Shown here in pieces: positions 29,354 through 42,000 of a stretch of 60,989 bases of DNA (position 1 is its first letter; every line of letters starts with the position of its first letter). Source of the stretch: a virus. Taxonomy: Duplodnaviria > Caudoviricetes. The stretch covers positions 1-60,989 of the IMG/VR virus record IMGVR_UViG_3300020207_000025; one strand, 5' to 3'. Under the pieces are notes generated by a model. The model was given only the letters and a program-made list of their open reading frames with translations, was not told where the DNA came from and did no database searches. A program made the position numbers and the translations under genes.

Positions 29354-31027
29354 TTATAATACATTCACCCACCCATTAGACTTATACATGTACATACCTT
29401 CTTGACCGTTTGCATCGGTATCTGTACAGTAAACTAAAAGTCCTGGTAGTGGTGAGTTTATAGCTAATCTTTGTACCTGAGTCATCCTTGGTATCAGAAG
29501 ACCTTGATTGGTACTCGCTAATTCTAATAAAGCACATACAGGTGTTGTCGTACCAGTACCCATAGATACTGAACCCCCACTAAATGTGACACTGTTTGAG
29601 TTTTGGTCAATAACTCTATTACCATCCAACTGACCGTCTGTGTTATAGATATTGTCAGAAGAGAAGGTAATCCCTGTAATACTAATAGAACCATTAGTAT
29701 TGTCATTTAATGTAATCGTACCATTTGAATAAGTACCACCCGTGATTTCAGGAGCGAAACCTGTAACATTGAAATCAGTACCGTCACTCATACCTAAAGT
29801 AAGAGTTGTTGGTGTGTACGTAGCACCAGTTAAATAGGTATCATCACCATCAATACCTGTGATTGATATACTGCTTTCTAAACCACCATTAACACCTAAA
29901 GTAATTGTTCCATTTGAGTAAGTACCACCCGTAATAAATGGTAATTCAGTCCCTAAGTAAATCAAAGTACCAGAAGTGGTACCTGTTAATCCCCAATTGT
30001 TATATCCCAATCCTGTGATTGCATCAATACCAATTAGAGTGGCGTTTCCAGCGTTATCGGTAACCGTTAAATTATTATTATTCTCAGTAATTGTCTTAAT
30101 ATATGACCAACCTCCAGCACCTACGTTCTGACCATCGTTTCTACTAAGTGTTAGAATACCCGTTGATTCTGTGTATGTTGCACCTGTAATGTAGGTATCA
30201 GAGTTTACTGTGGTGAAACCTGAAACCGATACACTTGAACCTAAATTGTCTGATAATGTAAGTGTTGAACCCACTAAAGTTGCACCTGTAATAGATGTTA
30301 GACCAGTAATATCAACATTACTATCATTATTTAGACTTAACCTTAAACGACCTTCTGAGTTATAGGTAATAGTACCCCCTGTGATGTATGTGTTTGTACC
30401 ACCACCTGATGTGAAACCAGTTATGTTGATAGTACCTCCCGTATTATTATTTAAGGCTAAAGTTCCAGTCTCTGAAGTATAAGTACCACCTGTAATTTGC
30501 CAGTCAGTACCCCAGAATACTCTCCATCTGGCGTTATTTCTTGTTACACCACTAACACCTTCAACAGAGTCGTCTAACCACGCGTTGATAAAGTCTACAC
30601 CACCTGGTGTTGAGGTGGTAACGTTTGTACCGTAAGTAGTTTCAGTAGTAGAACCTGAGGCAGCATTCCAAAGAGATTCGTAATTAGGAATTGTGTATTG
30701 GTATGTACGCTCTGTTTCGTGTACATAGACCAACATACCCAACCTTCTACGTCCTGATGAAATATTATCAGAATTAAGGGTTAACGTATCAGGTAAGAAA
30801 GGTAAAGTTCTCTTAGAATAGTTTACAGGAATAGTATTACCGGTAAATTCAATAAGACCTGTATCACCCGAAGGAATGGTAAATGCAAGGTCATCCAAAG
30901 TATAGACTTCCATATAACCCCCCGTTTGAAGGACACTAAAATTAGTACCGAAAACTTTTTCTCTTCCTACTGAATTAGTACCTGTTAACAGTGTTGCACT
31001 AATCGGGTTTTTATATATGAAACTCAT
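29354..31027 (-). CDS. Fibre-like structural protein with YITG[GA]T repeats and PRMT-type C-terminus
   Basis: 557 aa. RRRLGMLVYV motif, repeated (Y/F)ITG[GA]TY...L.L units, C-term LELASTNQGLLIPRMTQVQR. Confidence 0.7.
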   Translation of the reverse strand: MSFIYKNPISATLLTGTNSVGREKVFGTNFSVLQTGGYMEVYTLDDLAFTIPSGDTGLIEFTGNTIPVNYSKRTLPFLPDTLTLNSDNISSGRRRLGMLVYVHETERTYQYTIPNYESLWNAASGSTTETTYGTNVTTSTPGGVDFINAWLDDSVEGVSGVTRNNARWRVFWGTDWQITGGTYTSETGTLALNNNTGGTINITGFTSGGGTNTYITGGTITYNSEGRLRLSLNNDSNVDITGLTSITGATLVGSTLTLSDNLGSSVSVSGFTTVNSDTYITGATYTESTGILTLSRNDGQNVGAGGWSYIKTITENNNNLTVTDNAGNATLIGIDAITGLGYNNWGLTGTTSGTLIYLGTELPFITGGTYSNGTITLGVNGGLESSISITGIDGDDTYLTGATYTPTTLTLGMSDGTDFNVTGFAPEITGGTYSNGTITLNDNTNGSISITGITFSSDNIYNTDGQLDGNRVIDQNSNSVTFSGGSVSMGTGTTTPVCALLELASTNQGLLIPRMTQVQRLAINSPLPGLLVYCTDTDANGQEGMYMYKSNGWVNVL

Positions 31028-31043
31028 CTATCTTTTATTTAGT

Positions 31044-31051
31044 TATAAATA
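31044..31051 (-). promoter_or_regulatory. TATTTATA putative late promoter element
   Basis: Lies in the short gap upstream of the ATG at 31027. Confidence 0.6.
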
Positions 31052-31055
31052 TACA

Positions 31056-33908
31056 TTAACCTACCAATCCACCCTTGAAGTAGATAGCAGTTGACGTGTT
31101 ATCCAACCTAAATTCCTGACTTGGATTAGTAGTGTAAATTCTGTAAGTACCACTTAAGAACCCTGTAGGGTTAACAACAGTAAATCCAGTGTAAGAAACC
31201 TCCATAACTTTAGGACTTAAATTATTTGCCCCTTGACCGAAAGAAACTTCAATTTCAAGTTGTCTGTTACCACTTGATGTACCACCAATTGAGTCATCAG
31301 GGATTAACCATGTGTACCATGCATTACCATTAACAGTACCTGAACGGATTTCTGTTGTCTCAAATTTGTAGATTTCAATCGCATTACCGAATGAGTCATT
31401 ACCACCTGAAGCTTGAGGGATGTTAGATGACTTAATAGCAGGTACATTACCTGTTCCTGCATTTAGGTTGAAGTAATCTACGTAATCTGCTAAGTCAGCA
31501 TCACTTGTCGGTGTACTTGAGTTACTAAATCCATACCATGCAGCACCTTGATTGAACATGTAAGTTCCTATGTTTGTAGCGTCAGCATCCATCTCAATCA
31601 ATAAGTAAGCTGGAGGTGTAGCTGCACTTGACGGAGTCACCGTCGGAGTTTTAGTTGGCGTTGGAGTAAATGACACTGATGGTGTCACTGAAGCAGTTAC
31701 CGATGGTGTCGGTGTGAACGAAGTAGATGGTGTTACACTGATAGTCGGAGTAACTGATGGTGTCGGAGTGTTTGTAGGTGTTGTTGTAGGTGTCAAGGTA
31801 GGTGTAGCAGAAGGAGGTACAGGACAAGAAGCAACATTTGCAATGTTACCACCAGCATCAATTAAGAATTTAACAGTACCTGTCTGTCCAAATATATCAC
31901 CTAAGTCATACCACAAGTCAGCACCATTGAATGGTTGTGTAAGTCCGGCATCCGTAAATACTCGGTCGTTGATTCTACCACCTGAAACAGATGAGAAGTC
32001 ATTCGTGTATAAATCAATATTAACAAGTTGACATAGTTGAGAAGAGTCAGGATGACCTGTACCCTGACCTGTATTAACATATATCGTATATACAACAGGA
32101 CTCGGAGACGGTGTAACTGATGTAGTCACCGATGGAGTTACTGTTGATGTTGGAGTGTTAGTTGGCGTTACAGAAGGTGTTGATGACGCAGTTGGTGTTG
32201 GTGTCTGAGTAGACTCAGGAGTAGACGATGGAGTTACCGATGCCGTCACTGAAGGAGTAACCGAAGCCGTTGGTGTAACCGTAGGTTGTGGTGTTGAAGT
32301 AGCTTCTGGTGTTGACGATGGAGTTACCGACGCCGTCACCGATGGTGTTGGAGTATTTGTTGATGTTACTGTTGGTGTAACACTTGCACTTACCGATTGA
32401 GTCGGTGTATTTGTAGGTGTTACTGAAGATGTTGGTGTATTTGTTGGCGTTCTTGTCGGCGTAACCGTCGCAGTAACAGAAGGAGTAACCGTTTGTGTTG
32501 GTGTGTATGACGCCGTCACTGTCGGTGTAACACTTGCTGTCGGTGTATTCGTTGGTGTTGAACCAGGAGTATTTGACGGAGTTACCGAAGCAGTTACAGA
32601 TGGTGTTACTGATGGTGTTACCGTACTTGTTGGTGTTGTTGATGGTGTTGTAGTAACAGTAACCTGCGGAGTACTTGAAGGAGTAACTGTTGGAGTTACT
32701 GAAGCAGTCACCGATGGTGTTACTGAAGTAGTTGGCGTATTTGTAGGTGTTACTGCCGGTGTAGAAGATATTGTCGGTGTAGGAGTAGCACTTGATTGAG
32801 GTGTTGAAGATACAGACGCCGTAACTGTTTGTGTTGGCGTTGTTGTAGGAGTTGCCGTTGGTGTTGATGTAGACGTTACAGTTGGAGTTACTGTTGATTG
32901 AGGTGTTTGTGTTGGAGTTGCAGTATTTGAAGGAGTAACCGTCGCAGTATTTGTCGGTGTATTCGTAGGTGTTACAGTATTTGTCGCAGTTGGTGTTTGA
33001 CTCACACCTGGTGTATCAGACACTGAAACCGTAGGAGTGTTTGTCGGAGTAATAGACGGACTTACTGAAGCCGTTGGTGTAACTGTAGACTGAGGTGTAG
33101 ATGTTGGAGTAGAAGTAACCGTAGGTGTTGCCGTTTGACTTACACCTGGAGTATTTGAAACAGACACAGATGGTGTTGGAGTTACCGTTACACCTGTAAA
33201 TGTTGAAGATGGAGTAACCGACGGAGTTACCGTAGCAGTAGCTGTTGGTGTAACACCCGTCAACGTTTGTGTTGGGGTAGGTGTTGCCGTCAACCCAATA
33301 GATGGTGTTGGAGTTAATGTTGCTGTTGGTGTTGGAGACGGAGTACCTGAGAATTGGTAATCCTCACTCACTGTAAAGTTATTACCGGCAGGTACACCAT
33401 TAAATGTAAAACCACTAAAGATAACATTACCTCTATCAATCAACTCATAGTTTTCAGATGTAGCAGACAATGCAGTACTCGCAGATAATGCACCAACAGG
33501 TATATTAATAGTAGGAGTAAACGTAATGTAACCACCTGTAGTCTTACCAACTAAGTTAGTAAAGGCAACTGCCAAATTAGAAGTTTGTCTTACATTAGAT
33601 ACTACATTGTATCTCGCAATAACCGAACCTGGCTCATACTCAGCAGAAATCTCAATAACCTCTGTCGTACCATATATGATAATCTGTTTAGTTACGGTTT
33701 GGTCACTACAACCTGGCTGATTGTTTTCAAATGTTAAAGTGTACTGTGTACCACCTGTTGTGGCAGGGAAATCATAGACAACACCCGCAACCAATTGGTC
33801 ACGAGTTTGGTTTGTCAAAATTGGTGTTCCTGTGGTGGAACCTGTATATATACTGAAGGGTCCAACTGCGTTGGTTCCCAATGTTAATCTTAAAACAACC
33901 TGAGCCAT
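31056..33908 (-). CDS. Mucin-like Thr/Pro-repeat virion protein
   Basis: 950 aa. Globular N-terminus, about 400-aa TPT/TPS tract, small domain, second tract, globular C-terminus. Confidence 0.8.
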   Translation of the reverse strand: MAQVVLRLTLGTNAVGPFSIYTGSTTGTPILTNQTRDQLVAGVVYDFPATTGGTQYTLTFENNQPGCSDQTVTKQIIIYGTTEVIEISAEYEPGSVIARYNVVSNVRQTSNLAVAFTNLVGKTTGGYITFTPTINIPVGALSASTALSATSENYELIDRGNVIFSGFTFNGVPAGNNFTVSEDYQFSGTPSPTPTATLTPTPSIGLTATPTPTQTLTGVTPTATATVTPSVTPSSTFTGVTVTPTPSVSVSNTPGVSQTATPTVTSTPTSTPQSTVTPTASVSPSITPTNTPTVSVSDTPGVSQTPTATNTVTPTNTPTNTATVTPSNTATPTQTPQSTVTPTVTSTSTPTATPTTTPTQTVTASVSSTPQSSATPTPTISSTPAVTPTNTPTTSVTPSVTASVTPTVTPSSTPQVTVTTTPSTTPTSTVTPSVTPSVTASVTPSNTPGSTPTNTPTASVTPTVTASYTPTQTVTPSVTATVTPTRTPTNTPTSSVTPTNTPTQSVSASVTPTVTSTNTPTPSVTASVTPSSTPEATSTPQPTVTPTASVTPSVTASVTPSSTPESTQTPTPTASSTPSVTPTNTPTSTVTPSVTTSVTPSPSPVVYTIYVNTGQGTGHPDSSQLCQLVNIDLYTNDFSSVSGGRINDRVFTDAGLTQPFNGADLWYDLGDIFGQTGTVKFLIDAGGNIANVASCPVPPSATPTLTPTTTPTNTPTPSVTPTISVTPSTSFTPTPSVTASVTPSVSFTPTPTKTPTVTPSSAATPPAYLLIEMDADATNIGTYMFNQGAAWYGFSNSSTPTSDADLADYVDYFNLNAGTGNVPAIKSSNIPQASGGNDSFGNAIEIYKFETTEIRSGTVNGNAWYTWLIPDDSIGGTSSGNRQLEIEVSFGQGANNLSPKVMEVSYTGFTVVNPTGFLSGTYRIYTTNPSQEFRLDNTSTAIYFKGGLVG

Positions 33909-33997
33909 CTAATAGTTTTAATAATAAATAGTTTATATTCTATAAATTACACTTGTAATCCCTTTACTTTTTATATTCTTTTTTTTTCGTCCAATAA

Positions 33998-34021
33998 AAA
34001 ACCCCTCCGTAGAGGGGTTTT
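33998..34021 (-). terminator. Intrinsic terminator (C-UACG-G tetraloop)
   Basis: Minus strand AAAACCCCTC-TACG-GAGGGGTTTTTTATT, just after the stop of 34041..35996. Confidence 0.85.
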
Positions 34022-34040
34022 ATTATTTATGTAATTTTTA

Positions 34041-35996
34041 TTATACTCCTTGACATGCATTACAACTTGCAAATGTTGACCATGGACCGTCATGGTCATA
34101 TGATGGACCCGATGTAGAATTATTCACCGTGTAACAAGTACCCACATTTGGACCCACAACCGCACCAGGACTCAATGTCTGGGTAGTTCTTAATACAACA
34201 GGGGTCCCAATAGTACCACCACAATCAGGTCTTAATGTCGTCACACTATAGTAGTTATAGTTTGGTGATGGAGTTGGAGTTTTTGTTGGTGTCGGTGTTG
34301 GTGTTACACAAGAGCTTGCTCCGAGGAGTGTTGCAACGTGTGGAGCAACCGCCGAACCAACGATAGTCGCGATAACACCTGCATATCCACTACCTGAAAC
34401 TTCATAAGTCCCTGATAATCCACTTTGTGTACTTCTTGCAACGAAGTTAGGACTAACACCATCACATGGACTCATATTGTAGTAGTAATAACTCACTGAA
34501 GGGGTTACCGATGGAGTCGCAGTATTAGTCGGTGTAACCGTAGGTGTTACACTTTCAGTTATCGAAGGTGTTGGTGTCGGCGTAACACAAGATGTCTGAC
34601 CAAGTAGTTGAGCCACTGAAGGGTCACTTGTAGTACCAATAACTGTTGCCTTATGACCAACATACCCAACACCTGAAATGTCATATGTTAAACCAATAGT
34701 ACCTGTACCATCAGCAACGAAGTTAGGTGTCTCTCCATCACAGTCACTCATAATATAGTTCACAACTGATACTGAATTAGATGGTGTAACCGTTTGTGTC
34801 GGCGTTACATCAGGACTAACTGGTGGTGTATTTGAAGGAGTAGCCGTTTGTGTTGGTGTAGGTAGTGGCGACGCACAAGGGTGAGAACTCTGACATGTAG
34901 TACAGTCATCAGGTTCTGTATACCATTCAGTAATTGTGTATTCTGTTGGCTCTTCAGGACCTAATTGAGTTATATTAGTAATTAAATGACATGCATCACC
35001 CTCACCTAAATTAATTACAATAATATCATTAGTTTGTAGGGTTCCTCCGATTTCAACAGTGAATTCGCCAACAGGCTCACTACTACAACAGTCATCTATA
35101 TTGACTCTATATTTGTTAATAACCGTCGATGGTGTTACTGTTGGCGTTGGTGTTTGACTTACACCTGGAGTATCAGAAACAGAAACGGTAGGTGTTACCG
35201 TAGCAGTATTAGTTGGAGTATTGGTTGGTGTCACTGTTGGAGTATTAGTTGGTGACGCAGTTACTGTTGGTGATGGTGTAGTGGTACTCGACGAAGTTAC
35301 TGTTGGTGTCGAAGTAGACTCAGGAGTACTTGTTACCGTTGGAGTAACTGTCGACTCAGGAGTATTTGTAGGTGTCGGTGTTTGACTCACACCTGGAGTA
35401 TCAGAAACAGAAACGGTAGGTGTTACCGTAGCAGTATTAGTCGGTGTAACCGTTGACTGTGGTGTACCTGTTGGCGTAGAGGTTGATGTCGCAACTGGTG
35501 TACCTGTCGGTGTAGATGTCGATGTTGCCACTGGTGTACCTGTCGGTGTAGATGTTGGAGTTGGAGTTGCAGTTCCACTTACACCAGGAGTATTAGAAAC
35601 TGACACTGTTGGTGTCACACTGGCAGTATTACTTGGTGTAACTGTTGATTGTGGTGTACCCGTTGGAGTTGCGGTAACTGTTGCAGTTGGTGTAGTTGTA
35701 ACTCCTGTAATCGTTTGAGTAGGAGTGAGAGTTGGCGTTACGGTTACCGTGGCAGTTGGCGTTGGCGTGGCACCTGTAAAGTTGACAGTATCTTCTGAAG
35801 AACACGGAGAGTCACTAACAACAACATATACATTGTGACTATCGTCATCAACAAAGGTATAACCTGAAAGTAATTCGTTACGAGTTACTCCAGAGGCAAT
35901 TAGATTAGCACCACTAACCGAAGTGTGATAAATACTTAATACAGAGATACTTGTACCGACCGTTGTCCCTGTTAATGTTACCTGTCTATTTGCCAT
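34041..35996 (-). CDS. Mucin-like Thr/Pro-repeat protein with tandem Cys modules
   Basis: 651 aa. N-terminal domain similar to that of the 950-aa protein, TP tracts, and two copies of Y.MS.CDG..PNFVA...SG.GY.G..AT..G......A.LLG..SC. Confidence 0.8.
   Translation of the reverse strand: MANRQVTLTGTTVGTSISVLSIYHTSVSGANLIASGVTRNELLSGYTFVDDDSHNVYVVVSDSPCSSEDTVNFTGATPTPTATVTVTPTLTPTQTITGVTTTPTATVTATPTGTPQSTVTPSNTASVTPTVSVSNTPGVSGTATPTPTSTPTGTPVATSTSTPTGTPVATSTSTPTGTPQSTVTPTNTATVTPTVSVSDTPGVSQTPTPTNTPESTVTPTVTSTPESTSTPTVTSSSTTTPSPTVTASPTNTPTVTPTNTPTNTATVTPTVSVSDTPGVSQTPTPTVTPSTVINKYRVNIDDCCSSEPVGEFTVEIGGTLQTNDIIVINLGEGDACHLITNITQLGPEEPTEYTITEWYTEPDDCTTCQSSHPCASPLPTPTQTATPSNTPPVSPDVTPTQTVTPSNSVSVVNYIMSDCDGETPNFVADGTGTIGLTYDISGVGYVGHKATVIGTTSDPSVAQLLGQTSCVTPTPTPSITESVTPTVTPTNTATPSVTPSVSYYYYNMSPCDGVSPNFVARSTQSGLSGTYEVSGSGYAGVIATIVGSAVAPHVATLLGASSCVTPTPTPTKTPTPSPNYNYYSVTTLRPDCGGTIGTPVVLRTTQTLSPGAVVGPNVGTCYTVNNSTSGPSYDHDGPWSTFASCNACQGV
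35149..35441. repeat. 65-bp direct repeat pair (35149-35213 and 35377-35441, one mismatch)
   Basis: ggtgtttgact[t/c]acacctggagtatcagaaacagaaacggtaggtgttaccgtagcagtattagt. Confidence 0.85.
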
Positions 35997-36012
35997 TTTT
36001 TATTCTTATTAA

Positions 36013-36020
36013 TATAAATA
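36013..36020 (-). promoter_or_regulatory. TATTTATA putative late promoter element
   Basis: Upstream of the ATG at 35996. Confidence 0.6.
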
Positions 36021-36063
36021 TATGTTAACCAACTTTAACTTGTATAGTAATTTCAATTAAGGA

Positions 36064-39000
36064 TTAGGAGGTCACCCTGAACTGAATTGAACCCGCCCCT
36101 TGCAGTGGTGTTATGTCTCCAGCAGTAACCGTAGTTGTTGCACCAGACGGCCAATTTTCGTACCAAGACAAATTAGCAAATCCCAACGCAAATTCTTCAC
36201 CAACAGCCGCAATTGATGGTACATCTATTTTTATGTAATTTTCAGAAGTAGAACCTGTTGTATTCATCCACAAATACCCCTGCATTGAACAATTAGTGAT
36301 ACCACCATTAATATCCGATTTATTATAAATTTTAGCTAACCCATTTGTATCATAGGTACACGGTAATGCAAATACATTTTCAGAATTATCAAATGAAACA
36401 TCAGGCCAAGTAGTAAGTAGTGTCGATGCAGTATACACATATGACAACCCAATACTTTGTAATGATGCACCTTGACCTTTAGTTATGTACACATATTGGT
36501 TTGGATTTTGAGCCGTAAAATTGGCAATTCTAAATACCGTATCAGATACTGAGTTTTCTAATTTTATATAGTATGATTGACCAGCAGATACTGGGAAGTA
36601 GTTAAATACGTATCCTTCATTACTACGGTCGGTTAAGTACGTACTACTTGCCCAAACTCCGTATGGGTCATTAGCTAAATTTTCTGTAATATAATCAACC
36701 GTATCATTAAATGAAGTACCAGTAGACACTATCCATGTAAATTCTGTTTGTGCCTGAGCCGGTGTATTAGAAGGGGTTGGTGTATTAGTTGGTGTATTAG
36801 CTGGCGTTGAAGTGAACGTTGGTGTATTAGTTGGTGTTGGTGTATTAGTTGATGTATTAGTTGGTGTCTGTGTCACACTCGCAGTATTTGTTATTGTGAC
36901 AGTTGGGGTGTTTGTTGGTGTTACCGAAATCGTAGGTGTCGGAGTTGGTAATGATGGCCCAAATGAACCATCAACCACTAAGTCACAATCTAAAGTTGAG
37001 AAAGAACCCACAACCACCAAATCACAATCTAAACTTGATGAAGTAGGTGTATTAGTTGGTGTTGGAGTCTGACTTACACCAGGAGTATTCGATACTGAAA
37101 CCGTAGGTGTATTAGTCGGCGTAGTGATGAATGGTGTGGCCGTGATATCAGGTGTCGGACCTGGTGTATCAGAAGGAGTAATCGTAATTGTAGGTGTTAA
37201 TGTAGGTGTGGCACTCGGAGTTGGTGTAGGAGTTACAGGTAATCCAGCACAATCAACATCAAAATCGAGATTCAACTCAATATTAACAACCTCATCAGTC
37301 GCACCATCGGTTGTAATACTTATAAGGTTTTCCAATGGATTAACAGTAACATCAGTCACACCCACAAAATTACTTACAACCTCTTCTATAATTGAAGCCC
37401 ATAAAAAGTCTGAAGGCACATCGGTCATGGTATAACCTGTATAGAACGAACCAGAAGCGTGTTGACCATTATAGTTAATATCGTAATTGAACACACATTC
37501 GTTCAATGTACAACCAGTACCACTAATATTTGCAACAAAAGTTTGATATCCACTATTAAGGATTTCTTCAAATCCTTCTTTACCCATAGTAGTTACAAAC
37601 GTATCACTACATACCTCAACTAAGTTGAAACCTTCAACAACACCTTTACTTTCTTCAACACCATATTCGGCAGTATCTTGACATCCATTACTATCAGTGA
37701 CTCTAACAGAATAGTCACCGACAGTAGACGCAGTTACAGTTGAACCTGTTGAACCGTCATTCCATAAGTAAGTGAACGGAGCAACACCACTAAGAGTGGT
37801 TGCACTTAGAACTGCAGGTGTCTCATAAGTGGCTGGTGTTACAGTGATAACCACACTTACACCAGTAGAACCTGTGATATTGATTGTTTCAGTAACACTA
37901 CATCCTGCACCGTCAACAACCTGAACAGTGTATCCACCTTCAGATACATTATAGAATGTATACGCAGTTAACGGAGTGTCGATAATTGATTGACCATCCG
38001 AAAGGATGTAGTCTAATGGTAGTGTGTAACCACTACTTGGCACTATACTAACAACTCCACTACCACCATTACAAGTATCACCTGTTGTTGATATTGTAAG
38101 TTCGAACTTAGGAGTTGCACTTACAGTAAATTGACCTGTGTAACAACATCCGTTACTACCTTCAACGGTAAAGTCATAAACATCAGATACTAAATTAGTA
38201 AATTGTTGTTGAGTATTTCTTGTAGTTACCGACGAAGTACCACCTGAAGTCTGACCTGTGTAACTGTAAGTATATGGACCACCATCACCCACAACAGTAA
38301 TGGTAACATTACCTAAAGTACCACAGTTCACGTAGTCCAATCTTGTAGTAACACTTGTAATACCACCTAAGTCACCAATGTTTACATCGTCTGTGATTGT
38401 ACATAAACCACTATCAGTAATTGTGAACTCGTAATTACCTGAAGCACATCCAGTAAATGTAAATGAAGTATCTGAAGTTACACCTGAAGAACCATTTTGA
38501 CCTAAATAAGTATATGGTGCGGTTCCACCACTAATATAAACAGTCACCTGACCATCTTCACTCAAACAACTCGTTGGTGTTGTGGTGTGTGATAAAATTG
38601 CGAGATTTTGACTTGTTGTGATTGTCGCACTCTTAGTAAGTTCACAATTATTACTGTCAGTAACAGTTACTGAATATGTCCCACCACTTAAATTACTAAT
38701 TGTATCACCAGTTGCACCATTTGACCATAGGTAAGTATACGGTGAACTACCCGTCAATCCTGTAACCTGTATACTACCAACACTAACACCACAAGCAGAT
38801 GTTCCTGTTACCGCCAATCCGAAGTCTAATGAGCTTACACCCGATATTGTTACCGTCTGAGTCTGACCTGTTGCCCCACCAAAGTCCTCAACATACGCAT
38901 AGTATTCACCATTTGGTAAGTTTGTAAATATCGTTGGATTATTTGGACTACTAAGGTTACTATATACCAACCCATCTTTATATAAGTCAATTAAGTATGG

Positions 39001-42000
39001 CAGAGATGTTGAGTCCCCACTAACACTTATGTACCCAGTCTCAGCACCACAAGTAGTACCTGAGTAATCATCAATAGTAACATTCAAACATCCGTCAACA
39101 TTTACATTGATGTATAGTTCATTGTTTGCATCACCCAAACTGTCATTCAATCGGAAAGTATAAGTTCCCGCTGAAAGACCTGTCCACGTGAAAGGCTCGT
39201 TTGATGTACCACCCGCTAAAGTTCCAGGTAATATATTGTCAATTGTATATGGTGGAACACCCGCAAACGGAGCGATGGTAATCACACCACTATTTGCACC
39301 ATCACAAGTACCAGTGACCGAGAAGTTGTAATCTAAATCACCCTCATTACAATCTTGTGTGGCCGGTGTACCATTTACACTAATACCAAGATATGGTTGA
39401 GTAGTATCTAAGGTTATAATATCACCCACACTCTGACCTGAACGGTAGAAACCACAACAATCCGTGTAGTAATATGTACCATCTGTAACACCTTGAACAC
39501 AATTACCCCCACTACCACTCGTTGATGGTGTAATCGTAGGAGTAACCGCAGGTGTATCACTAATAGTAGGTGTTGGTGTTGAACTATTTCCTGGCGTGTC
39601 TGAAGGAGAAACCGTAACCGTATAAGTTGGCGTGAATGTTGGTGTGATTGAAGGTGTTGGTGTTGGAGTATCACTCGTACCTGGTGTATCAGAAGGTGAT
39701 ACCGTTACCGTATATGTCGGAGTTATTGTTGATGTATATGTTGGTGTATATGTTGGTGTATATGTTGGTGTATAAGTCGGAGTAACCGTTGGTGTCGGTG
39801 TTGGTGATTCACAAATACATGGTGCAGTATCACATATATTTTCAGTAAGTGCACTAAAATCTACAGTGGCTACAGCGGTACCAGTAGTTTCTTGAGTAAA
39901 TGTATAACAACTTCCATCATAGGTATATCCATAACCTTGCGATAGGTCAGTAGAAGTTAAGAAGGCATCTAATCTTTCTGCTACAAATGCCTCAGTAAAT
40001 CCTGTCACTGAAGGGTCAACAACTACCCCAAAATTTTTGAGTCCAGGTCCATTTTGGTATGACGGATTCAAATTACTATAAGCAGTAGTTGCTGTAAATG
40101 CACTGAATACATTTATAGACGTCAAACCTGTTAAATTGAGAGACTCCGGACCCACATCATCAATAGGTTCCCCATACTTATTTAGATATTCACTCGCAGT
40201 AATAGTTTCACCCTCAACAATACCAACGACATGTGGAACAAAAGATTCTCTTGAAAAATTATCATCAACAACAGGATATACAAGACCATTTACCCTACCA
40301 TTTTGTTGTTTTATATCTTCCCAAACTTTTAAGTACTGTTCATAATCATACTCCACCCTATCGGTAGTCAAGTTATTTGGGGAGAACGGTGGACTCCAAC
40401 CTGAACCAGCTAAGTAGAAAGGATAAAGAGGACTAACACCAACATTACCATGATAAAAACCAACAAGCCCGTCAGACTCATCTATAATATTGATAACAAT
40501 ATAATTTGTATCACCACCGGCAAATGTACCAGAACCCGTAGATGCCGACATGTTTAAGTCATCATGATTAAACGGGACACCATTAGACCTTGAGTCGGGA
40601 TTACCTGTATCTAAATCAAGACCCCTATTGATTCTTTGATAGGTAGTACCACTATCATTGAACTGTACCCTTCTCGGTACACATTCACCTCCAATATTTG
40701 CCTTACACCAACGTGAGTCATAATCAGAATATTGAATCGCAGTATTTAGAGAACTGTATTCAACAATTGATGTTGAGTCACTCAAAGTTCCACCAGTCAG
40801 AGAACCTAAATATGGATATGTATTCCACCAAATCCAGTTTTCACCATTATGTGAGTTCTGACCAACAACTGATTCGTATAGCTGATTAACTTCACCATTA
40901 ATACTTTGAGTATTAAACCAACTACGAATTGATTTTGAAGCTTCTTCAGCCGTTGCACCATCTAATGAAGTTGCATCATAGAAAACATACACATTCGGAG
41001 GTGCAGGTACATTTACATCTAAAATAATAGTTTCAGAAGAGTCACAACAGTCCTCTAATAACCAAGTTTCGACACTACCCGCAGGTGTTGTGGATGGTGT
41101 TATTGTTGGAGTTACACTTGGTGTAAATGTTGGCGTATATGACGGAGTAGGTGTCGGAGTATCACTAATTGTAGGAGTGACAGTCGGAGTTGGTGTTTGC
41201 GTAATAGGAACAACACTACAGCAATTACCGGTACTATATGAACTATTAATACGATTACTAACAATTACATCATTTTGTTTATAGTACAGTAATGAATTAG
41301 GTATTGTCGATAGTAATGCACAAACATCATCATCATAATTACCTTCGGCAGTATAATGTTTTACCAACTGACTGCCCCCACAACCAGTATAAACCAAAGT
41401 GACCCTTCCATTATCATCAGGATTACTGTTTCCTGAAGCAGCATCTAAATCAGTCTGAGAAATTTGTACAGATATATACTTACAATCACATTCAGTAGGA
41501 CATAATGGGTCAGTACAATCACCCTCTAAAGTAGTTGCAGTACCATTGAAACTATAAGGACCAACATGTGATGTCTCAGCTATAAATGTATAACAACCAT
41601 CAGGTATATTAGTATCACCTGATATTAATACAGTCCCAGTAGTTGAAGCCATCCATGATGACCTTATCACTTGGTATACCGTACCACCTGTACATCCCGA
41701 TAGATATAAAGGTAACGGACTCACAGTAGGTGTAGTAGTAAGTGATATGGTTGGAGTGACAGGTGGTGTATTAGACGGTGTTGGTGTAGGTGTTTGTGAA
41801 GCAGGTACACCCGACGGTGTTGGACTTTGAGTTATAAATTCACTTGGACATACAATATCAATAGCATCGAGGAAGTTACCACCATTTTGACTCGAAGTGG
41901 CTGAGAATATTAAATTATATTCAGATTCTGATGCTGTAAATCCGTAGGCGTGTAAATTCCATTGAGTAGTCGAACCAGTATATTCAATAGGAAAAAAGTT

